From Phormidesmis sp. (lineage in GTDB: Bacteria; Cyanobacteriota; Cyanobacteriia; Leptolyngbyales; Leptolyngbyaceae): DNA of 64,000 nt. The translations under genes were made by a program, and so were the position numbers. Where the stretch lies: positions 960,001 through 1,024,000 of the forward strand of contig CBDFJR010000005.1 in NCBI GenBank assembly GCA_965248535.1, read 5' to 3'. Of this stretch, positions 1-11,008 are shown piece by piece. Each line of letters opens with the position of its first letter. Within the stretch, counting starts at the first letter, position 1. The notes under the pieces were generated by a model that saw only the letters and a list, made by a program, of their open reading frames with translations, was not told the DNA's origin and made no database searches.

Positions 1-705
1 CACACTCCGAGCGGTCGAGACTCGCATCAGGTGAAGGGGAGTACCGAGTTCTTCGACACATTCTAAAAGAGCCGATAGGGCCGTCGTTTCTGACAGGGCG
101 GGATCTCCGGGCAGCCCAAACCGAATGGATTCTATCCCCTCTCGCATTACACCATTGCCGACCAGCGATCGGTCACAGGCCCACAGCGCTACAGGTTTTT
201 TTAACGGCTGAAGATATTCTAATAACCGCCGCACTAGGGCAAGATTGGCGATCGGGTGCCCGTCGGCAAATCCCACTACACCGGATTGCGCCAGTTCAGA
301 CAGTTCGGTCATCTGCTGACCTTGGGCATGAAGCGTTAAAGCACCCCAGCAGGAAAGCTTTGAGTTTTGCTTAAACCAAGTGACCGCAGCCGGATTGTCA
401 ATCGTCGGGTTGGTATCCGGCAAAATAGCCAGCCGCGTGAAACCACCAGCGATCGCTGCTTGACCCAGCGATTCCAGAGTCTCCCGTTCTTCAAAGCCGG
501 GTTCTCCAGAATGGCTATAGAGGTCAACCAGTCCCGACCCTAAGACCAGACTTTGAGGCGGATAAATTTGAGCATCGGGCGGAATCTCGTGGATGTGAGG
601 CGCGATCGTCTGAATCATGCCGTCTTTGATCATCACATCGACCACCCGATCAGTCATTGAAGTCGGGTCAAGCAGCCGGACTTGTTGGAGCAGTTCGATC
701 GTCAT
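1..705 (-). CDS. pyrC: Dihydroorotase-family protein (PyrC-like), 5' part; runs off the window start
   Basis: Not in ORF track (no stop in window). Manual translation from ATG at 705: MTIELLQQVRLLDPTSMTDRVVDVMIKDG...GLVDLYSHSGEPGFEERETLESLGQAAIAGGFTRLAILPDTNP, a typical cyanobacterial DHOase N-terminus. Confidence 0.85.
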   Translation of the reverse strand, partial: MTIELLQQVRLLDPTSMTDRVVDVMIKDGMIQTIAPHIHEIPPDAQIYPPQSLVLGSGLVDLYSHSGEPGFEERETLESLGQAAIAGGFTRLAILPDTNPTIDNPAAVTWFKQNSKLSCWGALTLHAQGQQMTELSELAQSGVVGFADGHPIANLALVRRLLEYLQPLKKPVALWACDRSLVGNGVMREGIESIRFGLPGDPALSETTALSALLECVEELGTPLHLMRVSTARSV

Positions 706-714
706 ACAGGTTTT

Positions 715-2064
715 CTAAAGTGCCCCGGCCGCAGTCTTGTCTAAAACGCCTCCCAAGTGCGTTGTGATGTTCATTGCCTGCATGAGAGGGGCCGCCTCAA
801 CCCCTTGCGGGTAGTCAATGACGCTGACGGCTCCGTTGCCTTGCTTAAAGTTCCAAAACGCTTCGGCACCCAAGCCAGCGACGTGACAGAGAATCGCTTT
901 GTTAATCGCATCGTGGGCAACCACTAAAATTGTGTAGGGTTCGTCAGCCGGACGGGTTGCTGCCTCGTTGATGATGGCTTGCCAGCCCGCGATCGCGCGA
1001 TTCCACACGTCTTGCAGATTTTCGCCGTCGGGCATTTGCACGGTTTCGGGGTGCTGCTGCCACTGGTGAAGCAAGCCGGGATAGGATTGCTCAATTTCGG
1101 CTTCGAGTTTGCCTTCCCATAAGCCGTGGCTGATTTCTCTCAGGTCATCTCGCAGAGTTAACTCAAGGTCAGGATGATGCTGAAGAATAATCTCTGCCGT
1201 CTCTTTGGGCCGCAGCATAGAGCTACTGATCGCGTGGTCAATTTGTACAGATTTGAGGAATTCTCCCGCTTGAGCGGCTTGCGATCGTCCATTGTCATTG
1301 AGCGGCACATCAATCTGTCCCTGAAACCGCCCTTGACGATTCCACTCGGTTTCACCATGCCGCACCAATAACAGCCGCAGTCCTTGACTTTTTGACTTGC
1401 GAGGCGGCAGCGTTTCGCCCAAATGAGACGTAATATTCAACGACTCAATTTGCACGGGTTGCCCATATTCACCAGAGAAATTGAGGATGCTGATGCCGCA
1501 ATTTGAGACGTGGAAACGCTGATAATCTTCGGGCTGAAGCCCGATCGCTGTATTAATCAGTGCCCGATTGATGCCACTATGAGCCACGATTAAAATCGTC
1601 TGTCCGGCATGGTCAGGCAGGGTGTCTTGCCAAAATTGACGCGCTTGCTCATAGATCGCTGGAACGGGCAAAAAATCGACGCTGCCATTTTCATCTGACA
1701 GGCTCATCTTTAGCAAATGAGGCTGCGATCGCCAATCTTCAAACTCATCGGGATATTTCTCCTCGACTTCGTTAAACAGCAGCCCTTCCCACAGGGGCAG
1801 ATTGATTTCTCGCAGGTCTTCGCTGGTTTGCAAGTGAGGAGGGTGATCAGAATTAGACAGAATCAACTCCGCCGTGCGCTTTGCCCGATTTAATGGGCTG
1901 CTATAAGCCGCATCTAGCAAAATTCCTTTAAGAGCAGTGGCGACCTGCACCGCCATCGATTCCCCTTTGGCAGTCAGCCGCGACAAGTCACAATGTCCTT
2001 GCACCCGTCGCTCGACGTTATAGCTGCTCTCGCCGTGACGCACGATGATGACGCGAGTAGTCAA
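715..2064 (-). CDS. Histidine phosphatase family protein with two tandem PGM-like domains (phosphoserine phosphatase/phosphoglycerate mutase-like)
   Basis: Two RHGE motifs (IVRHGES, LVRHGET), VAHS/VAHD motifs. Confidence 0.9.
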   Translation of the reverse strand: MTTRVIIVRHGESSYNVERRVQGHCDLSRLTAKGESMAVQVATALKGILLDAAYSSPLNRAKRTAELILSNSDHPPHLQTSEDLREINLPLWEGLLFNEVEEKYPDEFEDWRSQPHLLKMSLSDENGSVDFLPVPAIYEQARQFWQDTLPDHAGQTILIVAHSGINRALINTAIGLQPEDYQRFHVSNCGISILNFSGEYGQPVQIESLNITSHLGETLPPRKSKSQGLRLLLVRHGETEWNRQGRFQGQIDVPLNDNGRSQAAQAGEFLKSVQIDHAISSSMLRPKETAEIILQHHPDLELTLRDDLREISHGLWEGKLEAEIEQSYPGLLHQWQQHPETVQMPDGENLQDVWNRAIAGWQAIINEAATRPADEPYTILVVAHDAINKAILCHVAGLGAEAFWNFKQGNGAVSVIDYPQGVEAAPLMQAMNITTHLGGVLDKTAAGAL

Positions 2065-2184
2065 AGGGAAGCCTCCATTGGGTAAAGTTTTTGAGTCAGG
2101 AAGATTTTACCCCGTCCGGCGTTCTCCTCGCCAATTCTGCTAAGTTTGACCATGGGGCACCGATGCGAATGGATGGGGGAAGCA

Positions 2185-3717
2185 ATGACGTTGAAGCGGT
2201 TAGTTTTGGGCGCACTGACGATTTTGGCGATCGTCTTCGTGGTGAGCGATTTGGTCAATAGCTGGAGTCAGCCCCAGTTTAGTAGCCGCTTAGAACTCTA
2301 TGAGACCGATTTGATGCTGCAAGCCTATGAATCGAGAGACGTGCAAGCATACAAGCCAAAAGACGTTGGCCCCGATTCTAATCCTTTGTCGTTCTCGGTT
2401 GATAACCCGGTCAAGTCAGCGCTAGAAAGCTATCAAAAGGCTCAAAAGGCAACTCAAACCGATATTAATACCGCCGAAGCAAAGCTGAAGCTTCCCGCAA
2501 AAACGCCTGGGGTAGACGATTCTTCTACGACGACCAAGCAACTCACCAAACAAAAATCTCTGATTAAAGAGTTAGACCTGCGGGTAGGAATTCTTCAAAC
2601 CCAGCAAAAACAGGTGCCTGAAGCGCTAAAAACCTGGGCTGCTCTCAAAGAAGAGTCTGATTCAACGGCGGTCACGGCCCAAGTTTTATCAGGGTTGTGG
2701 AGTCAGCCGCCTTTGCTGTTGCCCAACGCAGAGCCGCAGATCACAAAGCATTTAGATGGCTGGTTTCGCTATCGGGCATTGACTCAGCTTTATCAGTTGC
2801 AACAGCGATCGGACACTCTCAACCAGCTTCAAACCGCCGAACAGCAGACCGCAAAACAGGCCTTTACTCGCTGGGCCACGGCGAATGCAATTCCGGCTGT
2901 TGCCATTTTCTCAGGTGCGTCGCTGCTGATTTTTCTGCTCGGACAGTGGGCAATCAAAGGCAAACAAGCTGTCTTATCGGGGACGAATGACATTCACTGG
3001 TCAGTGCCGTGGAATGGTGAAATCGTCTGGCAGGTGTTAGTCGTCGGGTTTTTCTTTGTGGGGCAGATTGTGTTGCCGATCGTCAGTCAATCCACTTTGG
3101 CGACGCTCAAAATCAATCCTGCAACCCTGGGAGAACGAGCTAAAGCAACTTATTATCTGGTCACCTATCTTTTGTTGGCAGCAGGCGGATTGAGCGTCTT
3201 GTATGGGTCGATCAAATCATTTTTGCCCCTGCCGGAGAAATGGTTTCACCTCACCTTTAAAGGCAAATGGTTTTGGTGGGGCTTGGGCGGATATTTAGCG
3301 GCGTTTCCTCTAGTGGTGGTGGTGTCGCTGCTCAATCAGCAAATTTGGCAAGGGCGCGGGGGGAGTAATCCCATTTTGCCGATCGCGCTCGAAGGGAAAG
3401 ATAGCCTGGCGATCGCTATCTTTTTTGTCACGGCAGCGATCGCGGCTCCGTTTTTTGAAGAAATCTTTTTTAGAGGATTTCTCTTGCCCTCACTGACGCG
3501 CTACTGCTCGACCTGGCAAGCCATTTTGCTCAGTAGCTTTTTGTTTGCGGTGGTGCATCTGAGTCTCTCAGAAGTGATTCCCCTCATGACGTTGGGCATG
3601 GTGCTGGGATTTGTCTACACCCGCACCCAAAATCTGCTCGCCTCGATACTGCTGCACAGCTTGTGGAATAGCGGCACACTGGTGAGTCTGCTGATTTTGG
3701 GGAGCGGAAATTCTTAG
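2185..3717 (+). CDS. CPBP (CAAX/Abi) family intramembrane metalloprotease
   Basis: APFFEEIFFRG, FAVVH and HSLWN motifs; several TM segments; likely start ATG 2185. Confidence 0.9.
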   Translation: MTLKRLVLGALTILAIVFVVSDLVNSWSQPQFSSRLELYETDLMLQAYESRDVQAYKPKDVGPDSNPLSFSVDNPVKSALESYQKAQKATQTDINTAEAKLKLPAKTPGVDDSSTTTKQLTKQKSLIKELDLRVGILQTQQKQVPEALKTWAALKEESDSTAVTAQVLSGLWSQPPLLLPNAEPQITKHLDGWFRYRALTQLYQLQQRSDTLNQLQTAEQQTAKQAFTRWATANAIPAVAIFSGASLLIFLLGQWAIKGKQAVLSGTNDIHWSVPWNGEIVWQVLVVGFFFVGQIVLPIVSQSTLATLKINPATLGERAKATYYLVTYLLLAAGGLSVLYGSIKSFLPLPEKWFHLTFKGKWFWWGLGGYLAAFPLVVVVSLLNQQIWQGRGGSNPILPIALEGKDSLAIAIFFVTAAIAAPFFEEIFFRGFLLPSLTRYCSTWQAILLSSFLFAVVHLSLSEVIPLMTLGMVLGFVYTRTQNLLASILLHSLWNSGTLVSLLILGSGNS

Positions 3718-3802
3718 ATTTTGGCAAAGCTGGGCGGTTTGTTCGTTACGTCCTCTGGGTGGGCACATTGAGTGCGAACTCTCACCCCCCAAAACGAAGA
3801 CC

Positions 3803-4066
3803 ATGACAACCGGAACCTCTAACGACGCAAGTAAAAAAGTTACCGCAGGGATTTGCGGAATCTTGATCGGTGCTTTTGGCGTTCACAAATTCGTGTTGGG
3901 CTATAAGACTGAAGGGCTGATCATGCTGCTAGGAAGCCTTTTAACTTTCGGTCTTGCGTCTCCTATCTTCGGCATTATCGGCTTGATCGAAGGCATTATC
4001 TATCTGACCAAAAGCGACGAAGAATTTATCAGCACCTACATCACGGGCAAAAAAGGCTGGCTTTAA
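3803..4066 (+). CDS. TM2 domain-containing membrane protein
   Basis: KKVTAGICGILIGAFGVHKFVLGY is the TM2 signature. Confidence 0.85.
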   Translation: MTTGTSNDASKKVTAGICGILIGAFGVHKFVLGYKTEGLIMLLGSLLTFGLASPIFGIIGLIEGIIYLTKSDEEFISTYITGKKGWL

Positions 4067-4179
4067 GATTAAGATTCGCTGACGATCGCCAACGTTCAAA
4101 ATCCTGGTTTTTTGCATTTTCCCTGAAGCATTTCACCAGGTTTTTTTGATCTCAACTTAAACTTTACTGAAACTCCCCC

Positions 4180-4383
4180 ATGTTCAAACCTAAAAGGATT
4201 GCTGCGATCGTCCTCCTTGCCATGTTGGGCGCAGGCTATTTCGAGACGTTCTCGAATCTAGAGATTAATTTTTTCGTCAGAAACTATCTGATCTTGGTTC
4301 CCGTTCAGCTTGGCATTTTGGTCTATCTATTTGGCTGGCGACGCACCGCTAACCAAGCCACGATCGAGACTGAAAAAATTTAA
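4180..4383 (+). CDS. Small hypothetical membrane protein
   Basis: 67-aa ATG ORF with two hydrophobic segments, co-oriented with neighbours. Confidence 0.55.
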   Translation: MFKPKRIAAIVLLAMLGAGYFETFSNLEINFFVRNYLILVPVQLGILVYLFGWRRTANQATIETEKI

Positions 4384-4456
4384 GGTTTTTCGGGCGATCG
4401 TACAAAACTTCATCTACTCTCAAGAAAGGAGCCTGTGAATTCCCCTTGAGTGTGCG

Positions 4457-6889
4457 ATGCAAACCACGTCAAAACCAGAAATAACTGCCCCCATTCCAAA
4501 CCCAATCACTCTAGACGTGAGCGGCATGAAATGCGCGGGCTGTGTCAAAGCCGTCGAGAATGCCCTCACTCAAGAGCCAGGGGTGATTTCTGCCACGGTG
4601 AATCTCGTCACAGAGTTAGCCACTGTTGAATGTGAATCGGTTATCGATCCCGCCCGATTAGCCGAAAAACTGACCGCAGCCGGATTTCCGAGTCAGCCTC
4701 GCTATCCCGATGGCGCTCCAGAAGACGCAGGCTTGATCGATCTGGCAGAACGGCGACGATTAGACACTCAACAGCAGACTCGTAGCCTCGCGATCGCCAT
4801 TTTTCTCCTCGTGATCTCCACGATCGGGCACCTCAATCAACTCGCGGGCATCACCATTTTCGGACTCAGCAACATCTGGCTGCACTGCGGGTTAGCCGCG
4901 ATCGCCCTAGCCGTGCCGGGACGATCGATGATCATCGACGGCTGGAAAGGACTGCGCCGCAACGCTCCTAACATGAACACGCTCGTGGGTCTGGGCACCG
5001 TCACCGCCTTTACGGCCAGTTTAATTGCGCTCTTAGTTCCCCAACTCGGCTGGGAGTGCTTTTTTGATGAGCCTGTGATGTTAGTCGGCTTTATTTTGCT
5101 CGGTCGCACCTTAGAGCAACGGGCTAGAAGCCGGGCTGCATCATCGCTTCAGGCGCTTTTAGCCCTTCAACCCCAAACCGCCCGATTGGTCAAAAACACC
5201 GATCGAGAATCCTTTGACCCAGCATCCTTTGTGCCGCATCTCTCGACGGAAATTTCGGTCGATCGCATTCGCGTGGGTGAATGGCTGCAAGTGCTGCCGA
5301 GCGAAAAGATCCCCGTTGATGGCGAAGTCGTCGCCGGACAAACCACCCTAGACGAATCAATGCTGACGGGTGAGCCTGTCCCGGTGCAAAAGCAGCCCGG
5401 CGATCGCGTCTCAGCCGGAACCCTCAATCAGTCAGGGGCGATCGCCATTCGCGCCAGTCGCATCGGCAAAGACACCACCCTAGCGCGAATTATTCATCTC
5501 GTCGAAGATGCCCAAGCCCGCAAAGCCCCGATTCAGAAATTAGCAGACACGATCGCGGGTTATTTTACCTACGGTGTGATGGCGATCGCTACCCTCACCT
5601 TTCTATTCTGGTATTTCATCGGCACTCACATCTGGCCCCAAGTGTTGATGGTAGGTCAAGCTTTGGGCAGCGAGCACGCCATGCACCACCTTGATCCATC
5701 AGCCGTCACAATTCATCCTTCCCCGCTCTTACTCAGTCTTAAACTCGCGATCGCCGTTCTAGTAATTGCTTGCCCCTGCGCCCTCGGATTGGCCACCCCC
5801 ACCGCGATTTTGGTCGGGTCGGGCATCGGTGCCGAGAGAGGACTGTTGATTCGAGGCGGCGACGTGCTAGAGCGAGTTCATGCTTTGGATACGATCGTTT
5901 TTGACAAAACAGGCACCCTCACCACGGGGCACCCGATCGTCACTGATTGCATTATATTTAGCCCGTGCGATCGAGAGTTTGACCTGCTGCAACTCGCCGC
6001 CACCGTTGAAAGTGGAACCCGCCACCCGCTTGCCGAGGCGATTATCCGGGCGGCCCATCAGCAAAACATTACTCTGCTCTCTGCCCAAGCCTTTCACACT
6101 GAGCCAGGGTTTGGCGTGTCGGCGCTGGTGTCTCGATCTGACTCAGAGCCTCAGTCTGTTTGGCTCGGCACCTTAGACTGGATGGAGAAAAACGGAGTCG
6201 TCGTAGAGGCGGCACCCCAAGCCCAGGCGCAAACCCTAGCCCAAACGGGTAAAACAGTCGTCTATCTGGCCATGGCCCAAACCTTGATGGGTCTGATTGC
6301 GGTCACCGATACCGTCAGATCCGATGCCCAAGAAACCGTTCAGTCCCTCCAAAAAATGGGGTTGCGCGTAATGCTGCTGACGGGCGATCGTCGGGAAACC
6401 GCTCAAACCGTTGCCCAAGCGCTCAACATTTCTTTAGAAAACGTCTTGTCAGAGGTTCGCCCAGAGCAAAAAGCCGAGGTGATCCGATCGCTGCAAGGTG
6501 AAAGCCCTAAACCCTCTCTCGTCGCGATGGTCGGAGACGGCATCAACGACGCGCCTGCCCTGGCTCAAGCCGATGTAGGTATAGCCCTCAAATCAGGCAC
6601 CGATGTCGCAGTCGAGACGGCCGGCATTGTCTTGATGCGCGATCGGCTCACCGATGTCGTCGAAGCCTTGCACCTCAGCCGGGTCACCTTTGGCAAAATT
6701 CGGCAAAACTTGTTTTGGGCCTTTGCCTATAATCTGCTGGGCATCCCGATCGCCGCTGGCATCCTGCTGCCAAAATTTGGAATTCTGCTCAGTCCTGCCG
6801 CCGCCGGAGCTTTGATGGCTTTTAGCTCGGTTAGCGTCGTGACAAACTCCCTGCTCTTGCGTCGAGCTTTTGCTTTGCCTCGTGGTTGA
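4457..6889 (+). CDS. Copper-translocating P1B-type ATPase (CtaA/PacS type)
   Basis: N-terminal GMKCAGC HMA motif, TGE, CPC, DKTGTLT, GDGIND, YN/MAFSS Cu(I) motifs. Confidence 0.93.
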   Translation: MQTTSKPEITAPIPNPITLDVSGMKCAGCVKAVENALTQEPGVISATVNLVTELATVECESVIDPARLAEKLTAAGFPSQPRYPDGAPEDAGLIDLAERRRLDTQQQTRSLAIAIFLLVISTIGHLNQLAGITIFGLSNIWLHCGLAAIALAVPGRSMIIDGWKGLRRNAPNMNTLVGLGTVTAFTASLIALLVPQLGWECFFDEPVMLVGFILLGRTLEQRARSRAASSLQALLALQPQTARLVKNTDRESFDPASFVPHLSTEISVDRIRVGEWLQVLPSEKIPVDGEVVAGQTTLDESMLTGEPVPVQKQPGDRVSAGTLNQSGAIAIRASRIGKDTTLARIIHLVEDAQARKAPIQKLADTIAGYFTYGVMAIATLTFLFWYFIGTHIWPQVLMVGQALGSEHAMHHLDPSAVTIHPSPLLLSLKLAIAVLVIACPCALGLATPTAILVGSGIGAERGLLIRGGDVLERVHALDTIVFDKTGTLTTGHPIVTDCIIFSPCDREFDLLQLAATVESGTRHPLAEAIIRAAHQQNITLLSAQAFHTEPGFGVSALVSRSDSEPQSVWLGTLDWMEKNGVVVEAAPQAQAQTLAQTGKTVVYLAMAQTLMGLIAVTDTVRSDAQETVQSLQKMGLRVMLLTGDRRETAQTVAQALNISLENVLSEVRPEQKAEVIRSLQGESPKPSLVAMVGDGINDAPALAQADVGIALKSGTDVAVETAGIVLMRDRLTDVVEALHLSRVTFGKIRQNLFWAFAYNLLGIPIAAGILLPKFGILLSPAAAGALMAFSSVSVVTNSLLLRRAFALPRG

Positions 6890-7203
6890 GAGACGAGTTG
6901 CCCCCGATCGCGGTTAAGTCTCATTTTAATGCCTTCAAAATTTATTTGGTGCTCTATGGCTGTGGTCTAATAAATCAGAGGTTCGCTCACGATCGGCAAA
7001 TCTGACCGTTTGCACCCGTCGCCATCAGCCCAGATCTTGCTCCCTCATTCTGGAGAATTGGGAGATTCTCAGGAATGAGACACGACCTGAGAAAACCTTC
7101 TGAATCGGTACTAGCACTGAGTTGCTCTCAACCCCATCGGGTATCTTAGCTAGATAGGTTGCCAGTTCTCGTTCCTAGTCCCTCGCCAACCCTTTGACGT
7201 TTC

Positions 7204-7626
7204 ATGCCCTCAGAACCGCAGCAAAATCACCTGTTAATCATAGAAGACGATAAGGGACGACGCGAATTTGTCCTTGATGCGCCCGTTTATTCGATCGGCA
7301 GAGACCCAAAGTGTGATATTCGCTTGGTGTCTCAGTTTGTGTCTCGTCGCCATGCAACGCTGCTTCAGCTACCCAACGAAGATGGCACTTACTATTATCG
7401 AGTGGTAGACGGCAACCTCAAGGGCAAACCCAGCGCCAATGGCTTGTTGATCAATGGGCGAAAGCTGCAAACCCATGACCTTAGAAATGAGGATGAAGTG
7501 GTTTTTGGCCCTCAAGTGCGGGCAATTTATTATTTACTAAAGCGGGAAGCGGTGATGACAGTGCCGCCCGATGAGTTTGATATCACGCTGATCAGCCCTA
7601 ATATGGTGGGTGACCCAGAAGACTAG
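7204..7626 (+). CDS. FHA domain-containing protein
   Basis: IGRD, VSRRHA, SANG motifs. Confidence 0.9.
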   Translation: MPSEPQQNHLLIIEDDKGRREFVLDAPVYSIGRDPKCDIRLVSQFVSRRHATLLQLPNEDGTYYYRVVDGNLKGKPSANGLLINGRKLQTHDLRNEDEVVFGPQVRAIYYLLKREAVMTVPPDEFDITLISPNMVGDPED

Positions 7627-7732
7627 GCGGGTCTCCATTCAAGGCGCACCCTCCGTAAATTCGCTTAGCGCGATATACTAGCACTTGACCCGACCCTTTT
7701 GGGTCAGCTACAGGTTTTATCTCTAAACTGCG

Positions 7733-8161
7733 ATGCCTTCCGACCCTTACCAAGACCATTTTTTGATTATCAAAGATGACACCGGAGAGCGGAAAGAACC
7801 CCTTCAGGAGTCTCGCTATTCGGTGGGTAGAGATGTCGAGTGTGATATTCGGCTGATCTCTCAGTTTGTCTCTCGCTATCATGCGACGATCGAGCAGCAA
7901 GTTAACCCCGATGGCACCTGCTCTTATCGCATTAAAGACGGTGACCAAAACGGCAAGCCCAGCGCCAATGGGCTGTTGATTGAGGGTCGGCGGCTGCGAT
8001 CGCACGATCTCAGCGATCGTGATGAGGTGATTTTTGGGCCGCAGGTTAAAGTCACTTATCACCTGCTTCGGCGAGATGCCTATGCAACGGTGCCGCCTGA
8101 CGAGTTTGACATCACCCTGATCAACCCTGGCACGGCAGAGTTAGATAGTCTAGATGAGTAG
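7733..8161 (+). CDS. FHA domain-containing protein (tandem paralogue)
   Basis: VGRD, VSRYHA, SANG; collinear with the preceding gene. Confidence 0.9.
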   Translation: MPSDPYQDHFLIIKDDTGERKEPLQESRYSVGRDVECDIRLISQFVSRYHATIEQQVNPDGTCSYRIKDGDQNGKPSANGLLIEGRRLRSHDLSDRDEVIFGPQVKVTYHLLRRDAYATVPPDEFDITLINPGTAELDSLDE

Positions 8162-8186
8162 ACTCGTCTAGACCTGCGATCGCGCC

Positions 8187-8534
8187 TCAACCCCCAACCG
8201 ACTCGATCAAGTGCCAGTGCTGATTGTCACTCACGGCCTGACTGACCTGGGTAAATATTTGGCGGCAGTGATTGTCTATCTGAAGCGGAAGTTCTTCATT
8301 TTTGATCACAAAGTTCATCCGCACTTCTTCTTCGGTGGCCGTTGTCTTATCGATCAGCACCTCTACGGTCACGAGCTTTGGGAAAGACACGCGCCCCGGA
8401 GTCTCTCGCGCCATGATGTAGTCGCCAGTGTCATAGATGATATCTAGACTGCAAGACTTGAGCGTCTCATTCAGCACCCGTTGGAAATTGTTGAAAGAGA
8501 TTCCGACGGTGAATAGACAAGTGTAACGAGCCAT
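8187..8534 (-). CDS. Conserved hypothetical cyanobacterial protein
   Basis: MARYTC...KNEELPLQIDNHC, coding-like ORF; ATG start at 8534. Confidence 0.75.
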   Translation of the reverse strand: MARYTCLFTVGISFNNFQRVLNETLKSCSLDIIYDTGDYIMARETPGRVSFPKLVTVEVLIDKTTATEEEVRMNFVIKNEELPLQIDNHCRQIFTQVSQAVSDNQHWHLIESVGG

Positions 8535-8775
8535 AGCCAACCCCAAGCGTGCGACGAGCGAACCTTTCTATAATACGTTCCCAGAACCCGTTAAAGCGAT
8601 ACTCTGGGTGAGTGTGATCACAAGGTTCAGTTTAGTCGCAAGTGCTTTCTTGTGAAAGTCCTTCTGACCTTGACCAGGCGAATTTTTTTGAAGTTGACTG
8701 ATTTCGCAAGGGTTGATCAATCGGCGAGTCGTCACCGATCGTGTCCACTGACTCATAGCTGACCAATAGTTGACC

Positions 8776-9454
8776 ATGAAGGGAAAGTTTATTGTCTTTG
8801 AAGGGGTGGAGGGCTGCGGCAAGACCACCCAGATTCAACGATCGCGCCAATGGCTGCTAAATAGTGGCTGGTTAGCCAAGCTGCAATCACACAAATTGAT
8901 AAAACAACTGGTTGCGACTCGTGAGCCGGGTGGCACTGATCTGGGGGTGGGGGTGCGGCAGCTGCTGCTCAACCCTGCTAGAGAATTGATTCACGATCGG
9001 GCCGAGTTATTGCTTTACGCCGCCGATCGGGCCCAACACGTCGAGACTTTTTTGCGTCCTCATCTGGCAGACGGCGATCTGATTTTGTGCGATCGCTATA
9101 CCGATTCGACGATCGCTTATCAGGGCTATGGGCGCGGCCTCGATTTTGCCCTGATTGACCAACTCAATCAGATGTCCACAAATGGGCTAGAGAGCGATTT
9201 AACCCTGTGGCTCGATTTAGAGGTCGAACGCGGATTGGCCCGCACCCAGAAACGGGGAGCCAGCGATCGCATTGAGCAAGCCAGATCTAGACTTTCATCA
9301 ACGGGTGCAGCAAGGGTTTGCTCACCTGGCAGCCAAGCACCCCGATCGGATTGTCAAAATTGATGCCGATCGCAGCGAATTGGAAGTGGCTGAACAGATC
9401 GAAGCCGCCCTCAGTCAGCATCTAACTCGCTGGTATGGTCAAGACCTCTCATGA
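8776..9454 (+). CDS. tmk: Thymidylate kinase with an apparent +1 frameshift near 9283
   Basis: FEGVEGCGKTTQ, REPGGT and CDRY in one frame; C-terminus DLDFHQRVQQGF...IDAD in the +1 frame; upstream of holB. Confidence 0.9.
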
Positions 9455-9460
9455 GCAAAT

Positions 9461-10399
9461 ATGATGGACTCTCCGTTTAGCTCCTTAATTGGACAGTCGC
9501 AAGCGATAGAACTGTTGACTCAAGCGATCGCTCAAAATCGCGTCGCTCCTGCTTATTTATTTGCTGGGTCTGCGGGAGTGGGCAAACGGCTAGCGGCTGA
9601 GGCGTTTGTTGAATTATTGATTGCTGACTCGCGTCATCGGGTGTCGCAGCGCAACCATCCTGATGTGCTCTGGGTTGAGCCAACTTATCTCCATCAAGGC
9701 AAACGGCTTTCACCCATCGAAGCCGAGGCCGCAGGCGTAAAGAAAAAGACTCCGCCGCAAGTTCGTCTCGAACAGGTGCGAGAGATTTCGCGGTTTTTGA
9801 GCCGTCCCCCGTTAGAGGCTGATCGGGCGATCGTGATCATCGACCAAGCCGAAACCATGGCAGAACCCGCCGCCAACGCCCTCTTAAAAACTTTAGAAGA
9901 ACCGGGACGAGCCACGCTGATTTTGTTAGCGCCCAGTGCCGATTCTTTGCTGCCCACGCTGGTGTCTCGCTGTCAAAAAATTCCGTTTTATCGATTAGAC
10001 TCAGCCGCGATCGCGCAGGTTTTAGCGACCGCCGGATTTGGCGAGATTTTGGCTCATCCCCAAGTTTTGGCCTTGGCCCAGGGCAGTCCGGGGGAGGCGA
10101 TCGTCCATTGGCAAAAGTTTCAGACGGTTCCCCCTGAATTGCTGCAAGCGGTGACAAATTTGCCAAAATCACTGCGAGAAACCCTTGCGATCGCCCGTCA
10201 AATCGCCAAAACGCTAGACAGTGAAGCCCAACTCTGGTTAGTCGATTATCTCCAACAGTCCTATTGGCAACAGGCTAAACTTAGCGGACAGTCTGCCCTA
10301 CCTGTGCAACTGCTCGAAAAAGCGAGAGATTATCTACTCGCCTATGTTCAATCGCAGTTGGTTTGGGAAGTGACGCTAATGGGAATGATGTATGTTTAG
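9461..10399 (+). CDS. holB: DNA polymerase III subunit delta'
   Basis: NHPDVLWVEP, AANALLKTLEEP, TLVSRCQ; tmk-holB synteny. Confidence 0.92.
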   Translation: MMDSPFSSLIGQSQAIELLTQAIAQNRVAPAYLFAGSAGVGKRLAAEAFVELLIADSRHRVSQRNHPDVLWVEPTYLHQGKRLSPIEAEAAGVKKKTPPQVRLEQVREISRFLSRPPLEADRAIVIIDQAETMAEPAANALLKTLEEPGRATLILLAPSADSLLPTLVSRCQKIPFYRLDSAAIAQVLATAGFGEILAHPQVLALAQGSPGEAIVHWQKFQTVPPELLQAVTNLPKSLRETLAIARQIAKTLDSEAQLWLVDYLQQSYWQQAKLSGQSALPVQLLEKARDYLLAYVQSQLVWEVTLMGMMYV

Positions 10400-10492
10400 A
10401 ATGACTGGTCTGATTTTGTGCTGTGCTCTACATTGCTTGGCTTGCTCTGAGCAAATGTTTTCAGGCTATCAAACCCAAAATCTCACAAAAAT

Positions 10493-11008
10493 ATGGGCGT
10501 TGAAGCAAGCTATAGACGGATAACACCTCAAGAATTTGAAAAACTACATAGTGATGCTGCCTACGCAAGTATTTACTTCGGTCATGACCTAGAAACAGAT
10601 GAAGATATCTGCACATACTTTGATGCGCTAAGATCTACTGATCGCTATCTAGATCTTGATAAGTATTGGCAGTCACTTTACCTCCTATTTACAGGTGATT
10701 CTCCATACGATAGTGAAAAAAAGGGTGACACTTTGCTACATAAGGTATTTATGGGCGGTTTAGAAACGCCTTGGGAAGCGACTTATGGTTGTATACGCTA
10801 TCTCGATACAAGCGAGGTCAATCAGATAGCTGGAGCGCTAAACCATATTTCAGAGGACGACTTCAGGTTACGTCTCGGCAGGTTGCTTGGTTCCAATGAG
10901 AGCAGAGTTTACATGGAGCCACATTTCATCAATTTATTTGGTCAGCTAGTTAAATTTTTCAATGTAGCAGCACAAGAGGACAATATAGTACTTTTGTCAT
11001 TTAACTAG
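10493..11008 (+). CDS. YfbM/DUF1877 family protein
   Basis: LDLDKYWQSLYLLFTG, GG...YG.IRYL..SEVNQIAGAL; AT-rich. Confidence 0.75.
   Translation: MGVEASYRRITPQEFEKLHSDAAYASIYFGHDLETDEDICTYFDALRSTDRYLDLDKYWQSLYLLFTGDSPYDSEKKGDTLLHKVFMGGLETPWEATYGCIRYLDTSEVNQIAGALNHISEDDFRLRLGRLLGSNESRVYMEPHFINLFGQLVKFFNVAAQEDNIVLLSFN

Noticed and set aside
2185..3717. 'Abi' CAAX protease as a phage abortive-infection gene
   Set aside because: The CPBP family name is historical; host-like composition and housekeeping context.
7598..8062. 154-aa antisense ORF, and the many other antisense/overlapping ORFs in the track
   Set aside because: Shadows of well-supported genes on the opposite strand or in another frame.
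9270..9290. Programmed ribosomal frameshifting in tmk (and trpF)
   Set aside because: No slippery heptamer or evident stimulatory structure; a sequencing insertion is more parsimonious.
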